The translations under genes and the position numbers were made by a program. From Escherichia coli (GTDB lineage: Bacteria > Pseudomonadota > Gammaproteobacteria > Enterobacterales > Enterobacteriaceae): a stretch of DNA of 64,000 nt. Below the pieces are notes generated by a model. The model saw nothing but the letters and a program-made list of their open reading frames with translations, did no database searches and was not told the DNA's origin. The stretch lies in assembly GCF_003991155.1 (NCBI RefSeq), contig NZ_CP031293.1. The stretch is one strand, 5' to 3'. This document shows, piece by piece, positions 31,251-44,256 of this stretch (position 1 is the stretch's first letter; every line of letters starts with the position of its first letter).

Positions 31251-32504
31251 TTACGCACGAATGGTGTAATCACCGATGCCGATCCACTTGTAAGTGGTCA
31301 GTGCTTCCAGGCCCATCGGGCCACGCGCGTGGAGTTTTTGTGTGCTTACCGCCACTTCCGCTCCCAGACCAAACTGGCCGCCGTCGGTAAAACGCGTAGA
31401 GGCGTTAACGTAAACAGCGGACGAATCCACTTCGTTAACAAAACGCTGGGCGTTGCGCATATCGCGGGTCAGGATCGCATCGGAGTGTTGCGTGCCGTGT
31501 TCACGAATATGGGCGATGGCATCGTCAAGATCGCTGACGATTTTGACGTTCAAATCTAATGACAGAAACTCATCGTCATACTCTTCGGCTTTAACCGCCA
31601 CCACCTTCGCGGGGCCTGTCTGCAACTGCGCCAGCGCAGCAGCATCTGCGTGTAACGTCACGCCGCTTTCCGCCATTTGCTTGCTTAATGCGGGCAGGAA
31701 GCTATCGGCGATGTTTTTATTTACCAGCAAGGTTTCTACCGTATTACATGTGCTCGGTCGCTGAGTTTTCGCGTTGACGATCACTTTTAATGCTTCAGCG
31801 ATCTCTGCGCTTTCATCAACGTAAATATGGCATACGCCTATACCACCAGTGATCACCGGGATTGTCGACTGTTCGCGGCACAGTTTATGCAAACCAGCCC
31901 CGCCGCGCGGGATCAGCATGTCGATGTATTTATCCATACGCAGCATTTCACTGACCAGCGCACGGTCAGGATTATCAATCGCCTGCACGGCACCCGCCGG
32001 TAAGCCACAGGATTTCAGGGCGTCCTGAATCACTGCCACCGTTGCCGCGTTAGTGCGACACGTTTCTTTGCCGCCGCGCAGGATCACTGCGTTACCTGTT
32101 TTCAGGCACAGCGAAGCGACATCAACCGTCACGTTCGGGCGCGCTTCATAAATCACGCCAATAACCCCCAGCGGTACGCGACGACGCTCCAGACGCAGGC
32201 CACTGTCCAGTACGCCGCCATCGATTACCCGCCCCACCGGATCGGCGAGATTGCACACCTGGCGCACATCGTCGGCAATGCCTTTCAGCCGTGCGGGCGT
32301 CAGTGCCAGACGGTCAAGCATCGCTTCGCTAAGGCCATTGGCACGCGCGTCAGCAACATCCTGGGCGTTAGCGTTGAGGATGATTTCGCTTTGTGCTTCC
32401 AGTTCATCGGCGATTTTTTCCAGCACGCGATTTTTTTCGCGGCTGGAGAGTTGCGCTAATTTATAAGAGGCTTGCTTCGCGGCAATGCCCATTTGTTCCA
32501 GCAT
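31251..32504 (-). CDS. proA: Gamma-glutamyl phosphate reductase
   Basis: 417 aa; recognised. Confidence 0.9.
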   Translation of the reverse strand: MLEQMGIAAKQASYKLAQLSSREKNRVLEKIADELEAQSEIILNANAQDVADARANGLSEAMLDRLALTPARLKGIADDVRQVCNLADPVGRVIDGGVLDSGLRLERRRVPLGVIGVIYEARPNVTVDVASLCLKTGNAVILRGGKETCRTNAATVAVIQDALKSCGLPAGAVQAIDNPDRALVSEMLRMDKYIDMLIPRGGAGLHKLCREQSTIPVITGGIGVCHIYVDESAEIAEALKVIVNAKTQRPSTCNTVETLLVNKNIADSFLPALSKQMAESGVTLHADAAALAQLQTGPAKVVAVKAEEYDDEFLSLDLNVKIVSDLDDAIAHIREHGTQHSDAILTRDMRNAQRFVNEVDSSAVYVNASTRFTDGGQFGLGAEVAVSTQKLHARGPMGLEALTTYKWIGIGDYTIRA

Positions 32505-32515
32505 CAGCCTGCTCC

Positions 32516-33619
32516 TTAACGGGTAATCATGTCATCACGGTGAACGGCAACCGGGCCGTATTCATATCCCAGTATTGCATCAATTTCTTGCGAGTGGTGT
32601 CCGGCAATACGGCGTAATGCATCGCTGTTGTAACGACTGACGCCGTGAGCGATATCGCGACCTTCGAGGTTGCAAATGCGGATGACTTCACCACGCGAGA
32701 AGTTGCCAGTCACGCTTTTAATGCCTTTCGGCAACAGGGAGCTGCCGCGTTCGAGAATGGCGGCGGTTGCCCCTTCATCTACCGTGATTTCACCCGCCGG
32801 CGGCGCACCGAAAATCCAGCGTTTGCGGTTTTCAAGCGGAGTCGCCTGGGCATGGAACAACGTACCGACGGAGATGCCTTCCATCACATCACCAATAACG
32901 CCCGGCTTGCTGCCCGCGGCAATAATGGTGTCGATACCCGCACGGCAAGCCACGTCTGCGGCCTGCAATTTGGTACTCATGCCGCCAGTTCCGAGGCCTG
33001 AAACGCTGTCACCGGCAATCGCGCGCAGTGCGTCATCAATGCCGTAAACATCTTTAATCAGTTCTGCCTGCGGATTGCTGCGCGGGTCAGCGGTATACAA
33101 ACCTTTTTGATCGGTCAGCAGCAACAGTTTATCGGCACCCGCCAGAATCGCCGCCAGCGCAGAAAGGTTATCGTTATCGCCGACCTTAATCTCTGCAGTC
33201 GCGACAGCATCGTTCTCATTGATTACCGGAACGATATTGTTATCGAGCAACGCACGCATGGTGTCGCGGGCGTTCAGGAAGCGTTCACGGTCTTCCATAT
33301 CAGCACGGGTCAGCAACATCTGCCCGACATGAATGCCGTAAATTGAAAACAGCTGTTCCCACAGTTGAATCAGTCGACTCTGCCCTACCGCCGCCAGCAG
33401 TTGTTTCGAGGCGATAGTCGCTGGCAGTTCCGGGTAACCCAGGTGCTCACGTCCGGCGGCGATCGCGCCCGACGTCACAATAACAATCCGATGCCCGGCG
33501 GCATGTAACTGCGCGCACTGGCGAACAAGTTCAACGATATGGGCACGGTTCAGGCGGCGCGATCCGCCTGTTAGCACACTGGTGCCGAGTTTTACCACCA
33601 GCGTCTGGCTGTCACTCAT
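32516..33619 (-). CDS. proB: Glutamate 5-kinase
   Basis: Start at [19 protein letters not shown] (367 aa) inside the longer track ORF. Confidence 0.9.
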   Translation of the reverse strand: MSDSQTLVVKLGTSVLTGGSRRLNRAHIVELVRQCAQLHAAGHRIVIVTSGAIAAGREHLGYPELPATIASKQLLAAVGQSRLIQLWEQLFSIYGIHVGQMLLTRADMEDRERFLNARDTMRALLDNNIVPVINENDAVATAEIKVGDNDNLSALAAILAGADKLLLLTDQKGLYTADPRSNPQAELIKDVYGIDDALRAIAGDSVSGLGTGGMSTKLQAADVACRAGIDTIIAAGSKPGVIGDVMEGISVGTLFHAQATPLENRKRWIFGAPPAGEITVDEGATAAILERGSSLLPKGIKSVTGNFSRGEVIRICNLEGRDIAHGVSRYNSDALRRIAGHHSQEIDAILGYEYGPVAVHRDDMITR

Positions 33620-33906
33620 GATTCTCTGCCATTCAATTTTAGGAAAAATGATATCAAACGAACGTTTTAGCAGGACTGTCGTCGGTTGCCAACCATCTGC
33701 AAGCAAAGCATGGCGTTTTGTTGCGCGGGATCAGCAAGCGTAGCGGCAGTTGTTTACGCTTTTATTACAGATTTAATAAATTACCACATTTTAAGAATAT
33801 CATTAATCTGTAATATATCTTTAACAATCTCAGGTTAAAAACTTTCCTGTTTTCAACGGGGCTCTCCCGCTGAATATTCGCGCGTTAATTAAAATCAGGA
33901 ATGAAA

Positions 33907-34962
33907 ATGAAAAAGAGCACTCTGGCATTAGTGGTGATGGGCATTGTGGCATCTGCGTCCGTAAAGGCCGCAGAAATATATAACAAAGACGGTAATAAAC
34001 TGGATGTCTATGGCAAAGTTAAAGCCATGCATTATATGAGTGATAACGACAGTAAAGATGGCGACCAGAGTTATATCCGTTTTGGTTTTAAAGGCGAAAC
34101 ACAAATTAACGATCAACTGACGGGTTATGGTCGTTGGGAAGCAGAGTTTGCCGGTAATAAAGCGGAGAGTGATACTGCACAGCAAAAAACACGTCTCGCT
34201 TTTGCCGGGTTGAAATATAAAGATTTGGGTTCTTTCGATTATGGTCGTAACCTGGGCGCGCTGTATGACGTGGAAGCCTGGACCGATATGTTCCCGGAGT
34301 TTGGTGGCGACTCCTCCGCACAGACCGACAACTTTATGACCAAACGTGCCAGCGGTCTGGCGACGTATAGGAACACCGACTTCTTCGGCGTTATCGATGG
34401 TCTGAACTTAACCCTGCAATATCAAGGGAAAAACGAAAACCGCGACGTTAAAAAGCAAAACGGCGATGGCTTCGGCACGTCATTGACATATGACTTTGGT
34501 GGCAGCGATTTCGCCATCAGTGGAGCCTATACCAACTCTGATCGCACCAACGAGCAGAACCTGCAAAGCCGTGGTACAGGCAAGCGTGCAGAAGCATGGG
34601 CAACAGGTCTGAAATACGATGCCAATAATATTTATCTGGCAACTTTCTATTCTGAAACACGCAAAATGACGCCAATAACTGGCGGCTTTGCCAATAAGAC
34701 ACAGAACTTTGAAGCGGTCGCCCAATACCAGTTTGACTTTGGTCTGCGTCCGTCGCTGGGTTATGTCTTATCGAAAGGGAAAGATATTGAAGGAATCGGT
34801 GATGAAGATCTGGTCAATTATATCGATGTTGGTGCTACGTATTATTTCAACAAAAATATGTCGGCATTTGTTGATTATAAAATAAACCAACTGGATAGCG
34901 ATAATAAGCTGAACATCAATAATGATGATATTGTCGCGGTTGGCATGACCTATCAGTTTTAA
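33907..34962 (+). CDS. phoE: Outer-membrane phosphoporin
   Basis: 351 aa from [19 protein letters not shown]...; ends ..GMTYQF. Confidence 0.9.
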   Translation: MKKSTLALVVMGIVASASVKAAEIYNKDGNKLDVYGKVKAMHYMSDNDSKDGDQSYIRFGFKGETQINDQLTGYGRWEAEFAGNKAESDTAQQKTRLAFAGLKYKDLGSFDYGRNLGALYDVEAWTDMFPEFGGDSSAQTDNFMTKRASGLATYRNTDFFGVIDGLNLTLQYQGKNENRDVKKQNGDGFGTSLTYDFGGSDFAISGAYTNSDRTNEQNLQSRGTGKRAEAWATGLKYDANNIYLATFYSETRKMTPITGGFANKTQNFEAVAQYQFDFGLRPSLGYVLSKGKDIEGIGDEDLVNYIDVGATYYFNKNMSAFVDYKINQLDSDNKLNINNDDIVAVGMTYQF

Positions 34963-35000
34963 TGGATATTGCCGGATGTGATGCATCCGGCACATTTCAC

Positions 35001-35459
<459 letters not shown>

Positions 35460-36704
35460 TTAACACAATCGTTTTTCGATCCAGTCGGTGATTTCCTGAA
35501 GACCTTTGTCAAAATTCCGATACACCGGGTTAAATGGGATCTCTAACAATTTACCGTCAGCAGATGATGAGGTGATTAAGCGTGAGTCCTCTTCCGGGCT
35601 GAACGGATCGTTCTTCCAGTAGCCTGATAACATTGGCGTTGGGCAGCGACGTCCCAGCAATCCTTGCACTTTTAATGAATAGCGATTCAGCTCCACGCGC
35701 AACGCTTCGTCGGAAGCATCATGCATCCCCAAACGGCTCGCCAGAACGTCAAGATACATTTCCGGCACCTGTTGCTGGCACTTAAAATCACTCAACAGGG
35801 TATGAACTACCGGACCAAGACAGGCAACCGCTTTCAGACGCGGCGATTCAAGGTATGCCAGACGCACGGCAACGTTAGCGCCGAAACGGAAACCAAAGGC
35901 CGCGACGCGAGTGTGATCTACCCACGGTACGTTAGGCAGCGCCTTTAAGACGTGCTGATGCAACAGGCTGGAGTCCTGGGTGAGCTTCCATTTTGAAGAA
36001 AAGCCCACCGACGGCATATCAATAGTCAGCATCGCAATGCCGCGCGGCGCAAAATAACGTTCATACAGGCTGTAATAGTCCGTCTGCATCGCATCCAGAC
36101 CACCACACATTAATACTGTCGGGAACGGGCCATCACCTTTCGGCATATGCAAAAAGCCGGTGATGGGCGCACCGCCGGGTACGGTAAACTCCATCTGCCG
36201 CATCGTGCCCGGCAGACGCTGAGCGGCCTCTTCATAGGCGCGGTTTGACAAAGCCTGCGCTTGCTCGGCCAGGTCATCTCCTTTCAGATGAGGATAGGCA
36301 GCAATGTTGTACAACGTAGCCGCATGCAGCCAGTGTCGACCGCTGAGTTGCGGATCTTCTTCCGCACAGGCTTTTTGTTGCCACACCATCGCCTGGGTAG
36401 CCCACTCATAAATCCAGTTGCCGCCGCGGTAGCCAATCACCGTATCGTATAAATCATCGTCGGTACGTTCGGCATCGCTCATCACAATACGCGCCTGGAC
36501 GTCGAGGATTTCACGTGGGTCAATGCCGCGCCAGATCCACATCAGACGGTTAATCATGCGATACCAGTGAGGGATGGTTTTACCATCAAGGGCCGACTGC
36601 ACAGGCGGTTGTGCGCCGTGATTAAAGCGGCGGACTAGCGTCGAGGTTTCAGGATGTTTAAAGCGGGGTTTGAACAGGGTTTCGCTCAGGTTTGCCTGTG
36701 TCAT
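35460..36704 (-). CDS. frsA: Esterase FrsA
   Basis: 414 aa; recognised. Confidence 0.9.
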
Positions 36705-36795
36705 GGATGCAGCCTCCAGAATACTTACTGGAAACTATTGTAACCCGCCTGAAGTTAAAAAGAACAACGCCCGGCAGTGCCAGGCGTTGAAAAGA

Positions 36796-37254
36796 TTAGC
36801 GACCGGAGATTGGCGGGACGAATACGACGCCCATATCCCACGGCTGTTCAATCCAGGTATCTTGCGGGATATCAACAACATAGTCATCAACCAGCGGACG
36901 ACCAGCCGGTTTTGCGAAGATGGTGACAAAGTGCGCTTTTGGATACATTTCACGAATCGCAACCGCAGTACCACCGGTATCCACCAGGTCATCAATAACG
37001 ATGAAGCCTTCGCCATCGCCTTCTGCGCGTTTCAGCACTTTAAGCTCGCGCTGGTTGTCGTGATCGTAGCTGGAAATACAAACGGTATCGACATGACGAA
37101 TACCCAGTTCACGCGCCAGTAACGCACCCGGTACCAGACCGCCACGGCTTACGGCAATAATGCCTTTCCATTGTTCAGAAGGCATCAGTCGGCTTGCGAG
37201 TTTACGTGCATGGATCTGCAACATGTCCCAGGTGACGATGTATTTTTCGCTCAT
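36796..37254 (-). CDS. gpt: Xanthine-guanine phosphoribosyltransferase
   Basis: 152 aa [23 protein letters not shown]... Confidence 0.9.
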
Positions 37255-37514
37255 GTGAAGTGTCCCAGCCTGTTTATCTACGGCTTAAAAAGTGTTCGAG
37301 GGGAAAATAGGTTGCGCGAGATTATAGAGATCTGGCGCACTAAAAACCAGTATTTCACATGAGTCCGCGTCTTTTTACGCACTGCCTCTCCCTGACGCGG
37401 GATAAAGTGGTATTCTCAAACATATCTCGCAAGCCTGTCTTGTGTTGACAACATTTTCTGCTAACCCTGTGACCTGCAATACTGTTTTGCGGGTGATCGA
37501 CAAGGAGACTTAAC

Positions 37515-38972
37515 GTGTCTGAACTGTCTCAATTATCTCCACAGCCGCTGTGGGATATTTTTGCCAAAATCTGTTCTATTCCTCACCCGTCCTATCATGA
37601 AGAGCAACTCGCTGAATACATTGTTGGTTGGGCAAAAGAGAAAGGTTTCCATGTCGAACGCGATCAGGTAGGTAATATCCTGATTCGTAAACCTGCTACC
37701 GCAGGTATGGAAAATCGTAAACCGGTCGTCTTGCAGGCCCACCTCGATATGGTGCCGCAGAAAAATAACGACACCGTGCATGACTTCACTAAAGATCCTA
37801 TCCAGCCTTATATTGATGGCGAATGGGTTAAAGCGCGCGGCACCACGCTGGGTGCGGATAACGGCATTGGTATGGCCTCTGCACTGGCGGTTCTGGCTGA
37901 CGAAAACGTGGTTCACGGCCCGCTGGAAGTGCTGCTGACCATGACCGAAGAAGCCGGTATGGACGGTGCTTTTGGCTTACAGAGCAACTGGTTGCAGGCT
38001 GATATTCTGATTAACACCGACTCCGAAGAAGAAGGTGAAATCTACATGGGTTGTGCGGGGGGTATCGACTTCACCTCCAACCTGCATTTAGATCGTGAAG
38101 CGGTTCCAGCTGGTTTTGAAACCTTCAAGTTAACCTTAAAAGGTCTGAAAGGCGGTCACTCCGGCGGTGAAATCCACGTTGGCCTGGGTAATGCCAACAA
38201 ACTGCTGGTGCGCTTCCTGGCGGGTCATGCGGAAGAGCTGGACCTGCGCCTTATCGATTTCAACGGTGGCACACTGCGTAACGCCATCCCGCGTGAAGCC
38301 TTTGCGACGATTGCTGTCGCAGCTGATAAAGTCGACGCACTGAAATCTCTGGTGAATACCTATCAGGAGATCCTGAAAAACGAGCTGGCAGAGAAAGAGA
38401 AAAATCTGGCATTGCTGCTGGACTCTGTTGCGAACGATAAAGCTGCCCTGATTGCGAAATCTCGCGATACCTTTATTCGTCTGCTGAACGCCACCCCGAA
38501 CGGTGTGATCCGCAACTCCGACGTGGCAAAAGGCGTGGTCGAAACCTCCCTGAACGTCGGTGTGGTGACCATGACTGACAATAACGTAGAAATTCACTGC
38601 CTGATCCGTTCTCTGATCGACAGCGGTAAAGACTACGTGGTGAGCATGCTGGATTCTCTGGGTAAACTGGCTGGCGCGAAAACCGAAGCGAAAGGCGCAT
38701 ATCCTGGCTGGCAGCCGGACGCTAATTCTCCGGTGATGCATCTGGTACGTGAAACCTATCAGCGTCTGTTCAACAAGACGCCGAACATCCAGATTATCCA
38801 CGCGGGCCTGGAATGTGGTCTGTTCAAAAAACCGTATCCGGAAATGGACATGGTTTCTATCGGGCCAACCATTACCGGTCCACACTCTCCGGATGAGCAG
38901 GTTCATATCGAAAGCGTTGGTCATTACTGGACACTGCTGACTGAACTGCTGAAAGAAATTCCGGCGAAGTAA
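37515..38972 (+). CDS. pepD: Cytosol nonspecific dipeptidase (aminoacyl-histidine dipeptidase)
   Basis: 485 aa; recognised. Confidence 0.9.
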   Translation: MSELSQLSPQPLWDIFAKICSIPHPSYHEEQLAEYIVGWAKEKGFHVERDQVGNILIRKPATAGMENRKPVVLQAHLDMVPQKNNDTVHDFTKDPIQPYIDGEWVKARGTTLGADNGIGMASALAVLADENVVHGPLEVLLTMTEEAGMDGAFGLQSNWLQADILINTDSEEEGEIYMGCAGGIDFTSNLHLDREAVPAGFETFKLTLKGLKGGHSGGEIHVGLGNANKLLVRFLAGHAEELDLRLIDFNGGTLRNAIPREAFATIAVAADKVDALKSLVNTYQEILKNELAEKEKNLALLLDSVANDKAALIAKSRDTFIRLLNATPNGVIRNSDVAKGVVETSLNVGVVTMTDNNVEIHCLIRSLIDSGKDYVVSMLDSLGKLAGAKTEAKGAYPGWQPDANSPVMHLVRETYQRLFNKTPNIQIIHAGLECGLFKKPYPEMDMVSIGPTITGPHSPDEQVHIESVGHYWTLLTELLKEIPAK

Positions 38973-39278
38973 TAACGATAACGTCCACGCCTGCGGGCGT
39001 GGACTTCTGTTTGAAGCCAATGGCTATCTATATCGAAATAACAAAACATTATGAAACTCATGAAAAGGTCGCATATTTATATAGCTGCGACCATATTTCA
39101 TGGGGGGAGTTTCTGATCACCAAAGAAAGTTTTGCGCTGGAATCCGTGAAAGAACTTAAGGGTGAAAAGCAGAATTTTTATATGTTCAGAGCCTGGGGCA
39201 AAGTCAGGAAAACATACTTAGCCACGGGAGAATTTCCCCAGGAAACATGTTACGCCGCTTAAAGTCAGAATTATTTTT

Positions 39279-39842
39279 TCATGCATTTACCATTTTGGCA
39301 TTACGCCTGTACCACATGGCAATGGCGGCAACCACTAATGCCAGTTCAAGTAAAAACGACCAGTGTAATAAAAAATTGAGCCACCACGGATGATGTACCG
39401 CCGTAATATGAAAGAGTGCAAAGGGTTGGTTAACGAAAGGCATCAACCACCAGATATCACCGACCAGCGTATCGAGTAATAAATGCACGATACCATTCAG
39501 GCAAAACACCACGCCCAACCACGCCGGAAGTTTATTCTTCGCAATTGCGGCCCAAACTAATGTCGCCGCCAGCAGAGCAAACCATAATAATGGCCAATGA
39601 GACGGGTAAAGATGATGATGGCGTTGCCCGTTATCAACCAGATAGCACCAGAAAAGATCAAAATCGGGCGCAATGGCCCCAACTAAGCCAATAACCATCG
39701 CCCAGCGCGCATGACGAGCAATCAGTGGCAAGCGTTTCACTAAAGTACAAGTTATTAAATAACCAGCCGGAAGATGACCGATAAACATGACGATTCCTTT
39801 CGTTTTGCCCGCCGCTTTCATATAGAAAACGGCGGGAGACAT
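39279..39842 (-). CDS. Polytopic inner-membrane protein, His-rich (metal-dependent hydrolase-like)
   Basis: 187 aa with multiple TM segments and H-rich motifs; family assignment tentative. Confidence 0.45.
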   Translation of the reverse strand: MSPAVFYMKAAGKTKGIVMFIGHLPAGYLITCTLVKRLPLIARHARWAMVIGLVGAIAPDFDLFWCYLVDNGQRHHHLYPSHWPLLWFALLAATLVWAAIAKNKLPAWLGVVFCLNGIVHLLLDTLVGDIWWLMPFVNQPFALFHITAVHHPWWLNFLLHWSFLLELALVVAAIAMWYRRNAKMVNA

Positions 39843-39849
39843 TCCTCAA

Positions 39850-40464
39850 TTACACAGCAACAAAAGCCATCCCTGTAAATGTCCGTCGCGGGTTGCCACG
39901 TTCAATCTGGTGATGGAACATTCGCCGCTGCGATTTCAGCACCGCGCTATTTTCCTGTTGCTGTTGTTCCAGCTTCCATGCAATCAGCAATCGCGCCAGC
40001 CGCTTGTTAGCATGCTGACTACGCTCTGACTGAACCTTCACGCTAATTCCGGTAGCCAAATGCGTGGCGCGTACCGCCGAGTCGGTTTTATTGACATGTT
40101 GACCGCCCGGCCCCGACGAACGCAGCGTCTCATAACGGATCGCGTCGGATTGCTCCTGCTCATCAGCGGTAAAACGCCCAATGCCCAGAAACCAGTTTTT
40201 GCGCCTATGATGAGGCCGATACGGACTCGGACAAATCCACTGAATAGTGCCGCACCAACTTTCGCTTAATGCCCATGCGTTATCGCCATCCAGAGAAACC
40301 AGCGCTGAACGCAGCGTGTCAGAGTAGCGGCCCGTTTCTGTTTCCAGCACCGTTACCGCGACGTCTTGTCGGGTAGCTTCTTTAATCAGCCTGTCCAGCG
40401 CCTTTTTCACTGCCAGGCAACATTCTTCCGGCCCCTGAGCTGAGGAGAGTTGTAGCAAGATCAT
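39850..40464 (-). CDS. prfH: Peptide chain release factor homolog PrfH (full length)
   Basis: [40 protein letters not shown] (GGQ motif); start taken at [11 protein letters not shown]. Confidence 0.7.
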   Translation of the reverse strand: MILLQLSSAQGPEECCLAVKKALDRLIKEATRQDVAVTVLETETGRYSDTLRSALVSLDGDNAWALSESWCGTIQWICPSPYRPHHRRKNWFLGIGRFTADEQEQSDAIRYETLRSSGPGGQHVNKTDSAVRATHLATGISVKVQSERSQHANKRLARLLIAWKLEQQQQENSAVLKSQRRMFHHQIERGNPRRTFTGMAFVAV

Positions 40465-41600
40465 CCTTTTTTCCCTCCACTGTTTTTGAGCGTTAGCACC
40501 GGACGCAGTCGCGCGACAGGAATAATTAACCCAGCCTGCACCAGACATTGCACCACGCTTTCAGCCGATTTATAAGCTTGTGGCGCTTCTTCAAAGATGA
40601 GTTGTTTATCGCGACAAATTACCCGGCTGCCAAGTTCAGTACGTGAGAGCTGCGTCGCTGTGTATTTCGCTGCCAGACGCCCTTTACACTCAGTACGTCC
40701 CCATTTGCGCCCTGCCCCATGCGCCAGCGAGTGGAGCGTTTTTTCGTTCGCAACAGGTTTAACCAGCCAGGAGTAATCGCCGCGTGAACCGGGAATAATC
40801 ACCAGACCGTTGTCATCCGGCGTGGCGCCTTTACGATGCAACCAGCCCTGTTGATCGCCGATTTGGCACGCGCTAACAAAGTTATGCGCCACATCCAGAA
40901 CCGGACTTCCGGTGGCCTTAACTTGTTGCATTATGCGCAAAGCGATCAGCTGGCGATTAATACGCGCAAACGCCAGCGCATCATCATGTTCCACAATATA
41001 ACTTAGCGCGTCGTCACTGCCTTCAGGCAAACCATGATGCGAAAACGAGGCAATATGCCGCTGTAAAATAGACTGGCCCAAACCCCGCGAGCCGCTATGA
41101 ACCAGCAGTTGCAGATGCTGCGCATCCAGACCTGTCAGTGCAAACAGTTCAGCGTCGATAATTTGATCAACTTGTTGCAGTTCTGCGAAGTGGTTTCCGC
41201 CACCGATGGAACCCAGCGAGCTGCGCCACGGATGCTGTGCTAACGCTGACGGCAGGTTTTCCTCCAGCCAGCTTTCTTCAGCAACGTCATCCAGCGCAGA
41301 TAATCGCTTTTCAAACTTATCGGCGTTGTATTTGCGCGCGAAAATATCTGTTTGCCATAGCGCCATACCGCAGCCGATATCATTGCCGACCAGTGCCGGG
41401 TAAAAACGGCCTACGGAGAAGAACGCTGCGCCAATCGGATAGCCGCGTCCGGGGTGTAAATCTGGCATCCCTACTACGCGTTGCATGTCGGGTAAATTTG
41501 CCGTGGTGTGTAATTGTTGGATCGCTAAACTCTCGATCCACAGGTCATCAGATGCGATGGTAAATACCGCATCGGATAAGGGACGAATATATTTGCCCAT
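40461..41600 (-). CDS. RtcB-family RNA ligase paralog (prfH-associated)
   Basis: About 380 aa with His/Cys-rich RtcB-like motifs; stop overlaps prfH start. Confidence 0.7.
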   Translation of the reverse strand: MGKYIRPLSDAVFTIASDDLWIESLAIQQLHTTANLPDMQRVVGMPDLHPGRGYPIGAAFFSVGRFYPALVGNDIGCGMALWQTDIFARKYNADKFEKRLSALDDVAEESWLEENLPSALAQHPWRSSLGSIGGGNHFAELQQVDQIIDAELFALTGLDAQHLQLLVHSGSRGLGQSILQRHIASFSHHGLPEGSDDALSYIVEHDDALAFARINRQLIALRIMQQVKATGSPVLDVAHNFVSACQIGDQQGWLHRKGATPDDNGLVIIPGSRGDYSWLVKPVANEKTLHSLAHGAGRKWGRTECKGRLAAKYTATQLSRTELGSRVICRDKQLIFEEAPQAYKSAESVVQCLVQAGLIIPVARLRPVLTLKNSGGKKG

Positions 41601-41790
41601 GTACCATTCCATTTATGAATAAAAATCAGGAAATGGCAGACGAATCCAGGGCAAGAAAAAAAGAATTAATCCTGGAAAGGTCTGCAAAGAGTCATTGATA
41701 AAGGATTTGTCATGATTTACCTCCTTGCAGTTTGTGGAATAAGAAAACGCGCACATACTAGGCGGGCGTTATTTTCTTTGCAAGCTGGAT

Positions 41791-42243
41791 TTAATGTTGC
41801 GGTTTATATCGCATATAAAAATTAGTAAACCACGCTCCCCGGCATTCAACGCGCTGCTGCTTAACTGTCTGAAAACCATAACGTTCAAAAAAGGGTTTTG
41901 CGGTTATGCTGGCATCTACCGTTAGTTCGGATTCAGACTTAATCAAAGGTTTTAACAAAGCGCTGGCAACCCCACGGCGGGTGTATTCAGGGTCAACAAA
42001 TAACATATCGATATAGTGTTCAACGCAGGTAATAAAGCCGACCAGTTTTGCATTAATGACTGCAACCCGCACTTGTGATTTCGCGAGTTTCTCCTTCCAG
42101 CGAGATTCGTCAATCTGCGCCCAGGCGGCAATTTGTTGTGGTGAATAATGCTGACTGGCGGTCATCGTAACCGCTCTAAGGAAAATAGCGCATAGTTGCT
42201 GAAAATCGCCAGGCTGATAGTTTCTTATTTGTATGTTATTCAT
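41791..42243 (-). CDS. yafP: GNAT-family acetyltransferase
   Basis: 150 aa; start codon overlaps dinB stop (ATGA). Confidence 0.8.
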   Translation of the reverse strand: MNNIQIRNYQPGDFQQLCAIFLRAVTMTASQHYSPQQIAAWAQIDESRWKEKLAKSQVRVAVINAKLVGFITCVEHYIDMLFVDPEYTRRGVASALLKPLIKSESELTVDASITAKPFFERYGFQTVKQQRVECRGAWFTNFYMRYKPQH

Positions 42244-43295
42244 AATCCCAGCACCAGTTGTCTTTCCATTTGAGGGTCAAGTAACGTCACATGCAGCCCC
42301 ACCAGACGCACACCGCGCCCGCCACGGCGTTCATTCCAGGTTTTACGCGCGGTGGCGATTAAGTCAGCTTTATTCAGCCGCGGCCAGACGTGCTCCTGAG
42401 TGGTTTGCTGAAAATCATCAAACTTTAATTTCACCCCCTGGCGAGCAATCAGTAAATCAGGTTTTACCTTTGCCAGACGGCGTTCAAGTTCAGGATACAG
42501 CCGCTCAATAATCGCTTCACATTCAGACCAGTGATGAATATCTTCCGCCATCGTGCGTTCCACGCCGACGGATTTTCGCAACCGTTCGCTGTTAACGTCG
42601 CGCTCGTCAATCCCCTGACTACGCTCCCACAAAATGCGTCCAAATTTGCCAAAACGTTTGAGCAGAGTCACCAGATCACACTTTTGCACATCACCGCAGG
42701 TCCGCAGCCCCATCGCTTCCAGTTTTGCCGCCGAGACTTTGCCGACGCCGGGAATTTTTGCCAGCGGTAAGGTTTGCAGAAATGCCGGAACTTCTGCCGG
42801 CGTAATCACAAACTGACCGTTGGGTTTATTCATGTCGGAAGCAATTTTGGCGAGAAACTTTACCGGCGCAACGCCCGCAGATGCCGTCAGTTGCAGCTCG
42901 TTAAAGATCGTCTGGCGGATTTCCTGGGCGATGAGGGTCGCGGAGCCGTGGCAATGCACACTATCGGTGACGTCGAGATAGGCTTCATCCAGTGATAACG
43001 GTTCAATGCGCGAGGTATAGCGCGAGAAAATTTCGCGGATATGATTTGAGGCTTCTTTGTAGGCGTCAAAGCGCCCTGGAAGCAGCGTGAGATGTGGGCA
43101 TAATTTGAGCGCCATCCCTGTCGGCATAGCGCTGCGTACGCCAAATTTACGCGCGGGATAATTGGCGGTGCTGATCACCCCCCGACGTTCGCGGCTGCCG
43201 CCAATAGCAATAGGGATATCGCGCAGGGCAGGATTGTCGCGCATCTCCACCGCTGCGAAAAAGCAGTCCATATCCACATGAATGATTTTACGCAT
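42240..43295 (-). CDS. dinB: DNA polymerase IV
   Basis: 351 aa [22 protein letters not shown]... Confidence 0.9.
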   Translation of the reverse strand: MRKIIHVDMDCFFAAVEMRDNPALRDIPIAIGGSRERRGVISTANYPARKFGVRSAMPTGMALKLCPHLTLLPGRFDAYKEASNHIREIFSRYTSRIEPLSLDEAYLDVTDSVHCHGSATLIAQEIRQTIFNELQLTASAGVAPVKFLAKIASDMNKPNGQFVITPAEVPAFLQTLPLAKIPGVGKVSAAKLEAMGLRTCGDVQKCDLVTLLKRFGKFGRILWERSQGIDERDVNSERLRKSVGVERTMAEDIHHWSECEAIIERLYPELERRLAKVKPDLLIARQGVKLKFDDFQQTTQEHVWPRLNKADLIATARKTWNERRGGRGVRLVGLHVTLLDPQMERQLVLGL

Positions 43296-43309
43296 TGCTC
43301 ACCTCTCAA

Positions 43310-43329
43310 CACTGGTAAAGTATACAGTG
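43310..43329. promoter_or_regulatory. LexA (SOS) box upstream of dinB
   Basis: CACTGGTAAAGTATACAGTG palindrome (CTG-N10-CAG) about 15 bp upstream of dinB start. Confidence 0.55.
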
Positions 43330-43365
43330 ATTTCAGGGCTTGAGAAATGCGTAAAGATTCAGCAT

Positions 43366-44256
43366 TTAACGCGTTCGCTGTGAAAGCACCTGCTGCTTAT
43401 CCAGCTTTTGCACCAGCGGCTGCACCACTTTATCCCCATGCTGACCAAAGTATTGATACAGCGTATCGGACGCGCTTTTAGTCAGCACCATAATCTCAAT
43501 GCGCCGGTTGCCCGCGCTTTGCGGATTTTTCGCGTCCAGCAGCATCTGGTCCGCCATTGCGCTCACCTGCATCACTTTATCTTCCGGCATTCCTGCCTCT
43601 TCCAGCACCCGACGAGCCGAAAGCGCGCGGTCACCCGAAAGGTTCCAGTTGTTGTAGATATTGTTTTTGTAGGCCATCGCATCGGTATGCCCGGTAATAA
43701 TAATTTTGTTATCGAGCGAGTCGAACACTGGCGCGAGCTCCACCAGCAGCGTTTTAAAGAACGGCATAATCTGCGCGCTGCCACGTTCGAACATATTGCG
43801 ATTCTGGTCGTCTTTAATCAGCACGCGTAATCCCTGCGGGACAATCTCCATCTCCAGATTCGCTTCCATATGCGCATCACGGGCAATGGTGTTGATACTG
43901 GTTGCCAGCTCACCAAGCTCGGTGGCGGATTTCTTCTTCAGCAGCGCCGTTTTCTCGTTGACGTCGCGCGCTTTTTTCTCCGTTTCTTCCGGCACCGCCA
44001 CGGTGGCAGGTTTTGACGGATGAGACGGGCTGATTTTATTTAACGGCGACAGCCCACCACCGTTAAAAATCGACTGCCCGTGCAGCGCGGCGATAATGCT
44101 TTCACGCTCGGATTTACTGACGCTGTTGACAATCAACTTTATCGTCGTCACCAAAGGGGCCGAGCGTATTTCCGAGGTTTCTGCCCGCTTTACCCTGGAC
44201 GCGATGCCCGGCAAGCAGATGGCGATTGACGCCGATCTTAACGCCGGGTTGATCAA
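43366..44256 (-). pseudogene. lafU: Flag-2 remnant: MotB-like LafU fragment (C-terminal OmpA-like domain retained)
   Basis: C-terminal ..IIITGHTDAMAYKNNIYNNWNLSGDRALSARRVLEEAGMP... MotB/OmpA-like; N-terminus lacks the expected TM anchor; frame overlaps lfhA remnant. Confidence 0.55.

Noticed and set aside
38136-39020. 294-aa minus-strand ORF inside pepD
   Set aside because: Antisense to the well-supported pepD frame; composition not protein-like
38999-39262. 87-aa plus-strand ORF downstream of pepD
   Set aside because: No recognisable domain or ribosome-binding context; could be a real small gene but not supportable from sequence alone
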